20,631 bases of DNA from Candidatus Iainarchaeum sp. (GCA_903916665.1 CAIWXP010000046.1:1-20631), one strand, 5' to 3'; shown: positions 7,758 to 16,312, counted from the stretch's first letter. The notes: generated from the sequence alone by a model not told the origin. Translations and numbers: made by a program.

Positions 7758-8561
7758 ATGTTTGAGAAATTTAAGCACTATTCCAAATTTGCAATTATAA
7801 GAATAAAAATAAGTTTACAAAATTCAATGGAATTTAAATTTGATTTTATTGCATCAATATTTGCAGAAATTATTTATATGATATTAACTTATTTTATTGC
7901 AACATTATTTATTAATGCCATACCAAATTTTGGACTAACTGCCATTCAATTATTTATTTATACTCAAACATTAGTTATTATATTTACAATACAAAATGCA
8001 ACAAAATCCCAAATTATGGATTCTATAAAAGATGGTACTTTAAATCTCGATTTAATAAGACCAATAAATATTATCTATCAATCTTTTTGGAATTCGTTTG
8101 GTACAAAAACAATAATAATACAAATACTAAAATTTATTTTTATAATTGGCTATATTTTAATATTTTCTAACATAAATATTGGTTTATATATTCTTTTAAC
8201 AATAGTTGTTACAATAATTAGTACAATCTTTGCAAATGCAATATTTTATTTACTAAGATCCTACGATTTAAAAAAAATACAGGCGGGCTCTTTCTTTCAT
8301 AGAATAACAAATGAAGGAAATATTTCAAATTATATAACTACTTATCCCATATATTTATTGCCAAAATTTATGTTAGTATATAGTTCATTTTTCTCTTTAT
8401 ATTATATTGCAAATACAACTTTAGATGTGATCTATAGTGCAAATATTACAAATATTGTTTTATTATTGGGTGCCGAAATAGTATTAACAATTATTTTCAT
8501 GTATTTTGCAAATTTAGCATGGAAAAAAATGTTAAAGTATTATGAAGGGTTTGGTGGATAA
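7758..8561 (+). CDS. ABC-2 type permease, DUF990/ABC2_membrane_6-like (copy 2)
   Basis: The ATG immediately follows the TAA of the upstream permease (ggtggTTAAATG), with a GGTGG SD-like site 4 nt upstream. The protein has multiple hydrophobic segments. The N-terminal amphipathic segment KHYSKFAIIRIKISLQNSMEFKFDF is typical of this permease family. Confidence 0.8.
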   Translation: MFEKFKHYSKFAIIRIKISLQNSMEFKFDFIASIFAEIIYMILTYFIATLFINAIPNFGLTAIQLFIYTQTLVIIFTIQNATKSQIMDSIKDGTLNLDLIRPINIIYQSFWNSFGTKTIIIQILKFIFIIGYILIFSNINIGLYILLTIVVTIISTIFANAIFYLLRSYDLKKIQAGSFFHRITNEGNISNYITTYPIYLLPKFMLVYSSFFSLYYIANTTLDVIYSANITNIVLLLGAEIVLTIIFMYFANLAWKKMLKYYEGFGG

Positions 8562-8566
8562 ACTAA

Positions 8567-9277
8567 TTAAATAAATTTAAAAGATTCTAAATTGCCTTCA
8601 TTTTCTATAATGTGCAAGGTTTTCATTGTTAATTTAGAATTAAATTTATTTTGCAAAAAATATATATCGGAAGGAACTACTTTTTCTTTTTCTAATTCTT
8701 TCAAAGTAAACCATTTTAATTCGCCACTAGAAGATTCTCTAAATTTGGTTTTATCAACTTCAACCTTTGTGAAAAATAAAAAGAAATTATGAATTAAACC
8801 ATTATTTTCTTTATCAAATACTTTTTCATTCATTATTGCATTTTGAGATTTAAACCCACAATCCAAAAAAGATTTTTCTTTTACTAATCTAATGCTTGCA
8901 TCTTTCAATGATTCCTGCAATAATATCTTTCCACCAATCATGGCCCAACAACCTTTATAGGGCCTTTTATTTCGTTTCATCATTAATAATTTGTTACCAT
9001 TTACAACACAAACTAAAGCTATTGATAGAGGAACAGATTCATCAATTTGAGAAAATAAAGGAATATATTTTTCTGCATTTTTAGTTAATTGATAATGGTC
9101 TCCTTTCTTTTCTAATAGCAAATCTTTTTGCATGCTATTCAAATGATAGGCTACTTTATTAGAAGGAATTTTAACTTTCTTTTCTATTTCGTTAAATTTT
9201 AATCGGTAATCATTTAGGAATTGTTGAAATATCAATGCTCTTTCTTTATGAGATAATAATTTGTTAACCATAATCAA
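8567..9277 (-). CDS. Winged-HTH (ArsR-like) plus Nudix-domain fusion protein with a degenerate Nudix box (putative ligand-sensing regulator)
   Basis: The N-terminal ~75 aa (ERALIFQQFLNDYRLKFNEIEKKVKIPSNKVAYHLNSMQKDLLLEKKGDHYQLT) look like a wHTH domain. A Nudix fold follows, with its box at aa 115-138 (nt 8864..8935): GGKILLQESLKDASIRLVKEKSFL. Compared with GX5EX7REUXEEXGU, the box shows RE->RL, EE->EK and G->F. Confidence 0.75.
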   Translation of the reverse strand: MIMVNKLLSHKERALIFQQFLNDYRLKFNEIEKKVKIPSNKVAYHLNSMQKDLLLEKKGDHYQLTKNAEKYIPLFSQIDESVPLSIALVCVVNGNKLLMMKRNKRPYKGCWAMIGGKILLQESLKDASIRLVKEKSFLDCGFKSQNAIMNEKVFDKENNGLIHNFFLFFTKVEVDKTKFRESSSGELKWFTLKELEKEKVVPSDIYFLQNKFNSKLTMKTLHIIENEGNLESFKFI

Positions 9278-9292
9278 TTTAGTTTGAGGAAG

Positions 9293-9302
9293 TATTTAAA
9301 TA
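9293..9302. promoter_or_regulatory. Palindromic TATA-like element TATTTAAATA in the divergent intergenic region (candidate bidirectional promoter core)
   Basis: This is a perfect 10-nt palindrome. It lies 16-25 nt from the minus-strand ATG at 9277, consistent with a leaderless mRNA. It lies about 45 nt from the plus-strand ATG at 9345, which has a GAGGA SD at 9334..9338. Confidence 0.4.
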
Positions 9303-9344
9303 TGTCTTAACTCCGAAAGAATCTATCTAAAGCGAGGAATTTTT

Positions 9345-9818
9345 ATGATTGATAATATGCAAGAAAAAACACACTATGTTTCAATTACTGGAATAATTTA
9401 CAAAGATGATAAATATTTAATCTGTAAAAGAAGCCTCAATGAAAAAGCATTTCCTTGCAAGTGGTGCGTTCCTGGAGGTAAAATTGAAAAAGGAGACTTT
9501 ATTAACACAAAAAAAGATACCACTGATCATTGGCTAAACATATTTGAAAAAGTATTACAAAAAGAAATCAAAGAAGAAACTAATTTACAAATAAAAAATA
9601 TTGACTATGTTTCTAGTTTGGTTTTCATAAGACCTAATGGATATAGTACAATTATAGTTAGTATGTCTGGAGAATATCTTTCAGAAGATGTAAAACTTCA
9701 AGAAGAAGAATTAACTGACTATGCTTGGGTAACTTTGGAAGAAGCTAAAAACTATGATCTAATTGAAAACATTTATGAACAACTACAAGCTGTTGAAAAG
9801 AAAAGAAAATCTAAATAA
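9345..9818 (+). CDS. Nudix hydrolase (MutT/Nudix family) with an insertion inside the Nudix box
   Basis: The box region (nt 9474..9587) reads GGKIEKGD-FINTKKDTTDHWLNIFEKVLQ-KEIKEETNL. The halves GX5[E->D] and [R->K]EUXEEX[G->N]U are separated by 21 residues instead of 7. The size (157 aa) is typical of stand-alone Nudix proteins. Confidence 0.75.
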   Translation: MIDNMQEKTHYVSITGIIYKDDKYLICKRSLNEKAFPCKWCVPGGKIEKGDFINTKKDTTDHWLNIFEKVLQKEIKEETNLQIKNIDYVSSLVFIRPNGYSTIIVSMSGEYLSEDVKLQEEELTDYAWVTLEEAKNYDLIENIYEQLQAVEKKRKSK

Positions 9819-9909
9819 ATGTTATGTTTAACCCCCTCCTTTTTATATCTTATTACTCTAATTATTATAGGCTTACAGAGATAATCTGTTATAAGAATAA
9901 GTGATGTAA

Positions 9910-11448
9910 ATGTCAGATCAGACATTATCTAGTTTGGAACATAACGAGAAAATTATTGATAAAATAATGAAATATGCAGAAGCACAACAAATTGTTATAT
10001 CTAAGGAAGCACTGCAAATTTTAGAAGATACTAATTATATTGATATTATTAACTACGCAAACGAAGAAGGTATATTTGTTATATCAAAACATTTTGTTGA
10101 AGAATACCTAATTGATAACCCTGCTGCAAAAATTGAAAAGCCTAAGGAAGAACCACATAGCTTACCAACAGAAATATTAAAGAGCATAAGAATTCCTGCT
10201 GCAGACAATGAAAGTGATTTAATTATTCAAAAAGATGGCTACAATGAAGGTCATGAAGAATATAAATGTGATATTTCTGATTTTGATGAATACTTTGTTA
10301 CAAAATATAAAGATCTGAGAAAAATATTATTACAACATCAAAACATATCTCCTATTTCAAGTAAAGCATTAAAATTTATGAAAGAGGGAGAAAAAGTTTG
10401 TTTAATTGGAATGGTAAATGATAAAAGAGTAAGTAAAAAAGGAAATTGTGTTGTTGAATTAGAAGACTTAGATGGAGAATTTAAAATTATAATTTCACAA
10501 ACAGGAAAATTAAAAGATGTTGATAAACAAGTTATTAAAGATGATGTTATTGCTGTGCAAGGAAAACATTTGGGTAACTCGATTATTATTGCAGAAGAAA
10601 TTGAATATCCTACAATGACCAATGCAATAATGAAAAAATCTGAAAGAAATTTAAATTTATTAATTACTTCTGATATGCATTTAGGAAGTAAATTATTCTA
10701 TGAAGATATGTTCAAAGAATTTATTGACTGGTTAAATGGAAGAAATATTTCTGCTCAAGAAAGAGAAGAAATAAATAAAATAAAATATATTATTTTAAAT
10801 GGAGATTGTGTTGATGGAATAGGTGTTTATCCTCAACAGTTACCTGAATTAAATATTATTGATATTAACGAACAATATGAAATATTAGCAAATTATATTT
10901 CACAAATTCCAGAATATATTGAAATATTATTGTTGCCGGGAAATCATGATGCAGTAAGATTAGCAGACCCTCAACCAGCAATACCAAAACAATTTGCAAA
11001 AAAATTACACAGTCTAAAAAATGTACATATGATTGGCTCACCAAGTAGAGCAAAAATTGAAGGTTTGGAAGTTTTAATGTACCACGGTAATTCAATGAAC
11101 ACAATGCAATTCCAATTAAAAATTGATCCTACAAAAGCAGAATTGGCCATGGAAGAATATTTAAAAAGAAGAACTCTTGCGCCAGTATATGGTGAAAGAC
11201 ATATTACTGTTCCAGATAAAAGAGGTTTAATGATAATTAAAGAAGAACCAGATATTTTTGTTACTGGCCACATACACAGTAATGCCTACAAATATGTCAA
11301 AGGATGCTTAACAATTAACCCTGGTTGTTGGCAAGGACAAACCAGCTATCAACGAGAACAAGGACACCTACCAACTCCTGGACGAGTTCCAATTGTTCAA
11401 TTAAATAAAGGATCCTATTTTGAGAAGGTGTTTACCCATGACAATTGA
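9910..11448 (+). CDS. polB: DNA polymerase D (Pol II) small subunit DP1, 3'-5' exonuclease subunit
   Basis: Calcineurin/Mre11-type phosphoesterase motifs appear in the canonical order: DMHLGS, GDCVDG, GNHD, YHGNS, GHIH. An OB-like segment precedes them. The gene lies immediately upstream of DP2 and overlaps it. A GTGATG SD-like site sits 3 nt before the ATG. Confidence 0.9.
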   Translation: MSDQTLSSLEHNEKIIDKIMKYAEAQQIVISKEALQILEDTNYIDIINYANEEGIFVISKHFVEEYLIDNPAAKIEKPKEEPHSLPTEILKSIRIPAADNESDLIIQKDGYNEGHEEYKCDISDFDEYFVTKYKDLRKILLQHQNISPISSKALKFMKEGEKVCLIGMVNDKRVSKKGNCVVELEDLDGEFKIIISQTGKLKDVDKQVIKDDVIAVQGKHLGNSIIIAEEIEYPTMTNAIMKKSERNLNLLITSDMHLGSKLFYEDMFKEFIDWLNGRNISAQEREEINKIKYIILNGDCVDGIGVYPQQLPELNIIDINEQYEILANYISQIPEYIEILLLPGNHDAVRLADPQPAIPKQFAKKLHSLKNVHMIGSPSRAKIEGLEVLMYHGNSMNTMQFQLKIDPTKAELAMEEYLKRRTLAPVYGERHITVPDKRGLMIIKEEPDIFVTGHIHSNAYKYVKGCLTINPGCWQGQTSYQREQGHLPTPGRVPIVQLNKGSYFEKVFTHDN

Positions 11449-14400
11449 ATTACCACCCTGCGATCCAAAAACAAAAATTTATTTTGAAGAACTAATTGAA
11501 AAATCAAATGCACTTTACACAATTGCAGAAGGTGCTAGAGCCCAAGGAAAGGACCTAACAAAAGAAGTAGAAATACAGAGAGCATCAAACCTTGCCGACA
11601 GAACAGAAAAAATAACAGGCCCAGTTGGATTAACAAAAAGATATTTTGAAGTTTTAGAAGAACAAAAAGATAGAACAAAAACCATTTTTATTATTTTCAA
11701 AGAAATTATTGATGAAAAATTTGGTAAATTTAAAAGTGATGATGCAAAAATTTCTCAAGCAGTAAAAACATCATTAATGCTATTAACAGAAGGAGTTGTT
11801 GTTTCACCAATTGATGGTTTACCTGAAATAAAAATATCAACAAATGTTGATAACACAAAATACTTGGATTTATTTTTTGCAGGACCAATTAGAGCAGCAG
11901 GCGGTACAGCAACAGTATTTCCATTAATTCTAGGACACTATGGTTCAATACTAATGGGATTGGATAGATATAAACCAACAGAAACAGAAATTGAAAGATA
12001 TGTTGAAGATAATAAAATTTATCACAGAATTACTGCCCGTCAATATAAAGCAACCGATGATGATATTCGATATATAATTAAAAATTGTCCAATCTGTATC
12101 AATGGGGTAGGAACGGAGTTAGAAGAAGTTGAAGCCTACAGAAATGTAAGAAATGTACCCACTAATAAAGTTCGTGGTGGGGCAATGCTAGTTATTAATG
12201 AAGGTCTAGGATTAAAGGCCGCAAAATTAATGCAATTTGCAAAAGCATTGGATCTAGACTGGTCATGGTTAGAAAAATTTATTAAAGTAAAAACTTCGGG
12301 CGGCAAAAAAGAAGTTACGCCAATAAAAAAATTCCTAGAAGGTGCCGCAGCAGGAAGACCTATTTTTGCATACCCTTCTAAATTTGGTGCCTTTAGATTA
12401 AGATATGGGAAAACAAGAACAACTGGATTAATGGGTACCGCAATAAATCCATTAACCATGTATATTTTAGATGAATTTCCTGCAATGGGTTCACAATTAA
12501 AAATTGAACGTCCTGGAAAAGCAACAACAATTACAAGTTGTGATTTAATTGAAGGTCCTATAATATTATTAGAAAATGAATTAAGATATGTTTATAAAAA
12601 AGAAGACATACCAGAAAGAACAGAAATAAAAAGAATATTAGCTTTAGGAGATATTTTAATTTCCTACGGTGATTTTAGAAAATCAGGACATCCTTTGGTG
12701 CCTGTGGGGTTTTGTGAAGAATGGTGGTTTAAACTATTGCAACAAAAAGCAAAAGATGTTCCCATATTAGAAGAATATACAAAAATACATTCACATCAAT
12801 TTGATATTTATACTGCAATAAAAATAAGTGATGAATTCACTTTACCATTGCATCCAAAATATTTATTTTATTACGCACAATTAAATAGACAAATGATTGA
12901 ACATATAAAAAATAGATTAGAAGAATGTGAAATAAAATATAAAGATGGAAAAATAAATGGTTTAGAAATTGACTATGATTCTGATTTAGAAAATTATTTT
13001 ATTAGAGCTTTGATTCCCTATAAAAAAGAAAATAATTTATTTTATATTAATGAACAATGTGCCTATGCTTTGTTAAAAACATTTGGTGCATTATCAAAAA
13101 TCAAAATGCAAGAAGCAGAAGAAGATCCTTTAAAAATATTATCCTATTTAGCTGGTTTTGAAATAAGAGATAAAGGAAAAATGTTTATTGGTGCAAGATT
13201 AGGAAGACCAGAGGCTGCAAAATTAAGAAAAATGGATGGTTCACCTCAAGGTTTATTTCCAATAAGTAAATTAGGTGGAGCAACCCGTAATATTAATAAA
13301 GCTGTTGATGCGCGTGGTCAAGAATCTCGTGGATTAACAGGAGATAGTAAATTAACAGAAATACAAATTAGATTATTTAAATGTCCAAAATGTGGTGATG
13401 AAAGTCCCTATAAAATTTGTTATCATTGTAATTGTGAAACCGAATATTTAGTTTTTTGTAATGCTTGCCCTAAAACCTATATGGAAAAAGAATATAAAGA
13501 TAAAGAAAAGATTTGTAAAAGTTGTGGTGGGCGAGTTACCTATTATAAACAAGGAACTTTCGATTTTTCAAAAATATTTTCAGAAGCATTAACTAGATTA
13601 AAAATGTATAATCCTCCTGATATGATAAAAGGAATTGAAAAATTATTTTCAGATATTAAAGAGGCAGAACCAATTGAAAAAGGAATTTTACGTGCAAAAA
13701 ATGAAGTCTATGTTTTCAAAGATGGGACATTAAGAGCAGATTTATTGGATGCAAATATTTCACATATTAAACCAAAAGAATTGGGATTAACCATTGAAAA
13801 AGCAAAGGCTTTGGGTTACACTCATGATATCTATGGAAAAGAAATTGTTAGCGATGAACAGGTATTTAATATTTTTGTTCAAGATGTAATTATGAATTCT
13901 TCTGTTGCAGATTATTTTGTTAAAGGTGCTAATTTTGTAGATGATTTATTAGAATCATTCTATGGTTTACCTAGATTTTATAATGCGAAATCAAGAGAAG
14001 ATTTAATTGGTCATTTAATTTTAGGATTAGCGCCTCACACTAGTGCAGGAGTAGTTGGAAGAATCATTGGATTCACAGATGCAAGAGTAATGTTTGCACA
14101 TCCATTTTATAACACTGCAAAAAGAAGAAACACAGATGGGGATCAGGATGGTGCATTATTAATGTTAGATGCATTGTTAAATTTTTCATTGAGATATTTA
14201 CCCATTAGAAGTGGAGGAAAAATGGATGCTCCTTTGGTTGCAACATTAGTAATTAACCCTACAGAAATTGATGATGAAGCTCACGAAATGGAAATTGGCT
14301 ATGATTATCCTTTAGAATTATATTTGGCCGGAGAACAAATTGCAGATGCAAATTTAAAAGAAATTCCTACCATTAAAAGTGTTTTAAACACAGATAAACA

Positions 14401-14887
14401 ATTTGTTTCTTTGGGCTATAGTTTAGACACAACTGTTTTTGATATGGGCCCAAAACAATCAATGTACACTCAATTAACAGATATGACAGAAAAAATTTTA
14501 ATACAAAACGCATTGCAAGAAAAAATTGACGCAGTAGATAAAAAAGGAGCTTTAGAATTAGTTGTTGGAACTCATCTATATCCTGATTTAATTGGTAATA
14601 CAAGAGCCTACACTAGACAACAATTTAGGTGTTCAAAATGTAATGAAAAATTTAGGAGATTGCCATTATATAGTAATATGAAATGTCCAACTTGTAAAAC
14701 AGGAAATATTATTTTAACTATTTCTGAAGGCTCCGTAATTAAATATTTACATATTGCAAAAGAATTAGTTTACAATAAAGAACTATCTAATTATACTCAA
14801 CAAAGATTACAAATATTAGAAAATGAAATCAATAGTGTTTTTAACAAAGAAAAAACTAAACAAAAAAGTATTGGTGATTTTTTCTAA
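11438..14887 (+). CDS. polC: DNA polymerase D (Pol II) large catalytic subunit DP2
   Basis: The N-terminus MTIELPPCDPKTKIYFEELIEKSNALYTIAEGARAQGKD matches the conserved DP2 N-terminus. There are Cys4 clusters (CPKCGDE..CYHC..CNAC..CKSCGG and CSKCNEK..CPTCKTG). An acidic cluster RRNTDGDQDG has its DGDQD at 14135..14149. I prefer ATG 11438 (GAAGGTG SD 7 nt upstream, 11-nt overlap with DP1) over the track's TTG 11420. Confidence 0.9.
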   Translation: MTIELPPCDPKTKIYFEELIEKSNALYTIAEGARAQGKDLTKEVEIQRASNLADRTEKITGPVGLTKRYFEVLEEQKDRTKTIFIIFKEIIDEKFGKFKSDDAKISQAVKTSLMLLTEGVVVSPIDGLPEIKISTNVDNTKYLDLFFAGPIRAAGGTATVFPLILGHYGSILMGLDRYKPTETEIERYVEDNKIYHRITARQYKATDDDIRYIIKNCPICINGVGTELEEVEAYRNVRNVPTNKVRGGAMLVINEGLGLKAAKLMQFAKALDLDWSWLEKFIKVKTSGGKKEVTPIKKFLEGAAAGRPIFAYPSKFGAFRLRYGKTRTTGLMGTAINPLTMYILDEFPAMGSQLKIERPGKATTITSCDLIEGPIILLENELRYVYKKEDIPERTEIKRILALGDILISYGDFRKSGHPLVPVGFCEEWWFKLLQQKAKDVPILEEYTKIHSHQFDIYTAIKISDEFTLPLHPKYLFYYAQLNRQMIEHIKNRLEECEIKYKDGKINGLEIDYDSDLENYFIRALIPYKKENNLFYINEQCAYALLKTFGALSKIKMQEAEEDPLKILSYLAGFEIRDKGKMFIGARLGRPEAAKLRKMDGSPQGLFPISKLGGATRNINKAVDARGQESRGLTGDSKLTEIQIRLFKCPKCGDESPYKICYHCNCETEYLVFCNACPKTYMEKEYKDKEKICKSCGGRVTYYKQGTFDFSKIFSEALTRLKMYNPPDMIKGIEKLFSDIKEAEPIEKGILRAKNEVYVFKDGTLRADLLDANISHIKPKELGLTIEKAKALGYTHDIYGKEIVSDEQVFNIFVQDVIMNSSVADYFVKGANFVDDLLESFYGLPRFYNAKSREDLIGHLILGLAPHTSAGVVGRIIGFTDARVMFAHPFYNTAKRRNTDGDQDGALLMLDALLNFSLRYLPIRSGGKMDAPLVATLVINPTEIDDEAHEMEIGYDYPLELYLAGEQIADANLKEIPTIKSVLNTDKQFVSLGYSLDTTVFDMGPKQSMYTQLTDMTEKILIQNALQEKIDAVDKKGALELVVGTHLYPDLIGNTRAYTRQQFRCSKCNEKFRRLPLYSNMKCPTCKTGNIILTISEGSVIKYLHIAKELVYNKELSNYTQQRLQILENEINSVFNKEKTKQKSIGDFF
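14861..14884 (+). other. C-terminal PCNA-interacting peptide (PIP box) of DP2: QKSIGDFF
   Basis: The last eight codons fit Qxx[ILM]xx[FY][FY] exactly and sit at the extreme C-terminus, where PolD large subunits are known to carry a PIP box. Confidence 0.65.
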
Positions 14888-14888
14888 A

Positions 14889-14901
14889 TTTTTTTCTTTT
14901 T
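14889..14901 (+). terminator. Oligo-T tract (T7 C T5) immediately after the DP2 stop, a candidate archaeal terminator for the PolD operon
   Basis: TAA at 14885..14887 is followed by aTTTTTTTCTTTTT. Archaeal RNA polymerase terminates at oligo-T. The tract occupies the whole 12-nt gap to the convergent aminotransferase gene and runs into its stop codon. Confidence 0.4.
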
Positions 14902-16057
14902 ATTTCTTATTTTTTAATTCTTTCATTAGCTTTTCAAATAAAGGTAATGATTTTTCTATGGTAACATCATCGGTGCAAAATGCCAATCTAAAATAACCCG
15001 GACAACCAAAACCAGTCCCAGGAGTTACTAATAACTGTTCTTTTGCTGCCAATTCACAAAACTCCAAATCATTTATTGGACTCGCAACAAATAAATAAAA
15101 TGCCCCCTGCGGAACAAAAACAGAATAACCTAATTTTGTTAACCCATTAATTAAAAAATCTCTTTTCTTTTGATAGATTTCTGCAATATTTTTTATTGGC
15201 AATAAATTATCACCAATTGTTTTTTGCATTAATGATGGTGCATTAACAAATCCTAAAACTCTAAATGAAACTACCAAGCTTTTTATTATTGATTCATCAA
15301 TGTCTTTTGTACATGCCAAATAGCCTATTCTTTCTCCTGCCAAATTCAAAGATTTAGACCAGGAATAAACCATAAAAGAATAGGGATATATTGAACATAT
15401 TGAATGATATTTTAAATCATCAAAAATAATATCTCTATAGGGCTCATCTGATATGATATAAATTTTATTTTCTTGTTTCAATAATAAATCACTTAATTTT
15501 TGTAAATCTTCTTTTGAATATATTTTTCCTGTTGGATTATTTGGTGAATTCAAAATTATTGCTTTTGTTTTATTTGTTATTTTATTTTGCAATTCATTAA
15601 AGTCTATTGAAAAGTCTTCTTTTGTTTTGCAAAAAATAGCTTTGCCACAAAAATTTTCAATATAAAAAACATATTCCATAAAATAGGGCGAAAAAATAAT
15701 TACTTCGTCATCCTGCGAAATCATCGTTCGTAATACAACATTTATTGCAGCTCCAGCACCAGAAGTCATAATAATTCTATCAAAACTAGTATCAATTAAT
15801 TTATTCTCATTTAAATAATTAGCAACTTTTTTTCTAACTTCTTCGTAGCCTGCATTTGACATGTATCTATGAATGCCTTTTTCTGCACTATATTTTTGCA
15901 TAGCTTCAATTAGTTTTTGTGGAGGCTCTAAAATTGGATTTCCCAAAGAAAAATCGCAAACTTCTTTACCTTCTGATTTTAGTTTAACACCTACTTCAAA
16001 AATCTTTCTAACCCAACTACCAGAATTTATATCTTTGTCAATACGTGCATTGATCAT
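14900..16057 (-). CDS. Class I/II PLP-dependent aminotransferase (aspartate/alanine aminotransferase-like), 385 aa
   Basis: Motifs present: SPNNPTG, PLP-lysine motif YSWSKSLNLAGERIGY, and the C-terminal FRLAF-type motif (YFRLAFC). I set the start at ATG 16057 (MINARIDKD...). The track's extra 74 N-terminal codons run antisense through tRNA-Gly. Confidence 0.85.
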   Translation of the reverse strand: MINARIDKDINSGSWVRKIFEVGVKLKSEGKEVCDFSLGNPILEPPQKLIEAMQKYSAEKGIHRYMSNAGYEEVRKKVANYLNENKLIDTSFDRIIMTSGAGAAINVVLRTMISQDDEVIIFSPYFMEYVFYIENFCGKAIFCKTKEDFSIDFNELQNKITNKTKAIILNSPNNPTGKIYSKEDLQKLSDLLLKQENKIYIISDEPYRDIIFDDLKYHSICSIYPYSFMVYSWSKSLNLAGERIGYLACTKDIDESIIKSLVVSFRVLGFVNAPSLMQKTIGDNLLPIKNIAEIYQKKRDFLINGLTKLGYSVFVPQGAFYLFVASPINDLEFCELAAKEQLLVTPGTGFGCPGYFRLAFCTDDVTIEKSLPLFEKLMKELKNKK

Positions 16058-16207
16058 CAAATTACCACTAAGAATATAGTATGAATTGAATTTAAAAATA
16101 CTTTTGGTCAAAAAAAATAGAAAAACCCTTATAAACCTTATCCAGCCAATATTATATACAATTTGTGACAAATTCGTATTTTTGATATGCCTTTTGTAAA
16201 GGTTAAC

Positions 16208-16278
16208 GCGATAGTAGTATAGTGGTAATATTGAAGCTTGCCAAGTTTCAGACCCGGGTTCGAATCCCGGCTTTCGCA
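16208..16278 (+). tRNA. tRNA-Gly (anticodon GCC)
   Basis: Manual cloverleaf: acceptor GCGATAG/CTTTCGC (one U-U mismatch at 5:68), D arm GTAT-AGTGGTA-ATAT, anticodon arm GAAGC-TTGCCAA-GTTTC, T arm CCGGG-TTCGAAT-CCCGG, discriminator A. No CCA is encoded. It forms a GC-rich island in AT-rich DNA. Confidence 0.9.
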
Positions 16279-16286
16279 TACTATCT

Positions 16287-16312
16287 TTTCTTTTTTTTTA
16301 AAAAAAAAGAAA
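16287..16312. terminator. Perfect 26-nt palindrome TTTCT9-A9GAAA, an oligo-T terminator for tRNA-Gly that could act in both directions
   Basis: The T-rich tract starts 8 nt after the tRNA-Gly 3' end. There are nine T (16291..16299) directly followed by nine A (16300..16308). The arms 16287..16299 and 16300..16312 are exact reverse complements. Confidence 0.5.

Noticed and set aside
11420-11437. TTG 11420 as the DP2 start
   Set aside because: ATG 11438 in the same frame has a GAAGGTG SD at suitable spacing, and its product begins at the conserved DP2 N-terminus. The six extra residues (MRRCLP) look non-conserved. I cannot exclude TTG 11420 without alignments.
11438-14887. Intein or large insertion in DP2
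   Set aside because: The length (1149 aa) is within the normal intein-free DP2 range, and the conserved blocks are contiguous by eye.
16160-16174. 15-nt palindrome AATTTGT-G-ACAAATT between the aminotransferase gene and tRNA-Gly
   Set aside because: A 7-bp AT-rich arm is short enough to arise by chance in this composition. There is no second copy in the window and no adjacent regulator. It remains a low-priority operator candidate.
16058-16279. N-terminal 74-codon extension of the aminotransferase ORF in the track (start at 16279)
   Set aside because: The extension begins MRKPGFEPGSETWQASILPLYYY, which is simply the reverse-complement translation of tRNA-Gly (16208..16278). The conserved aminotransferase sequence starts at ATG 16057.
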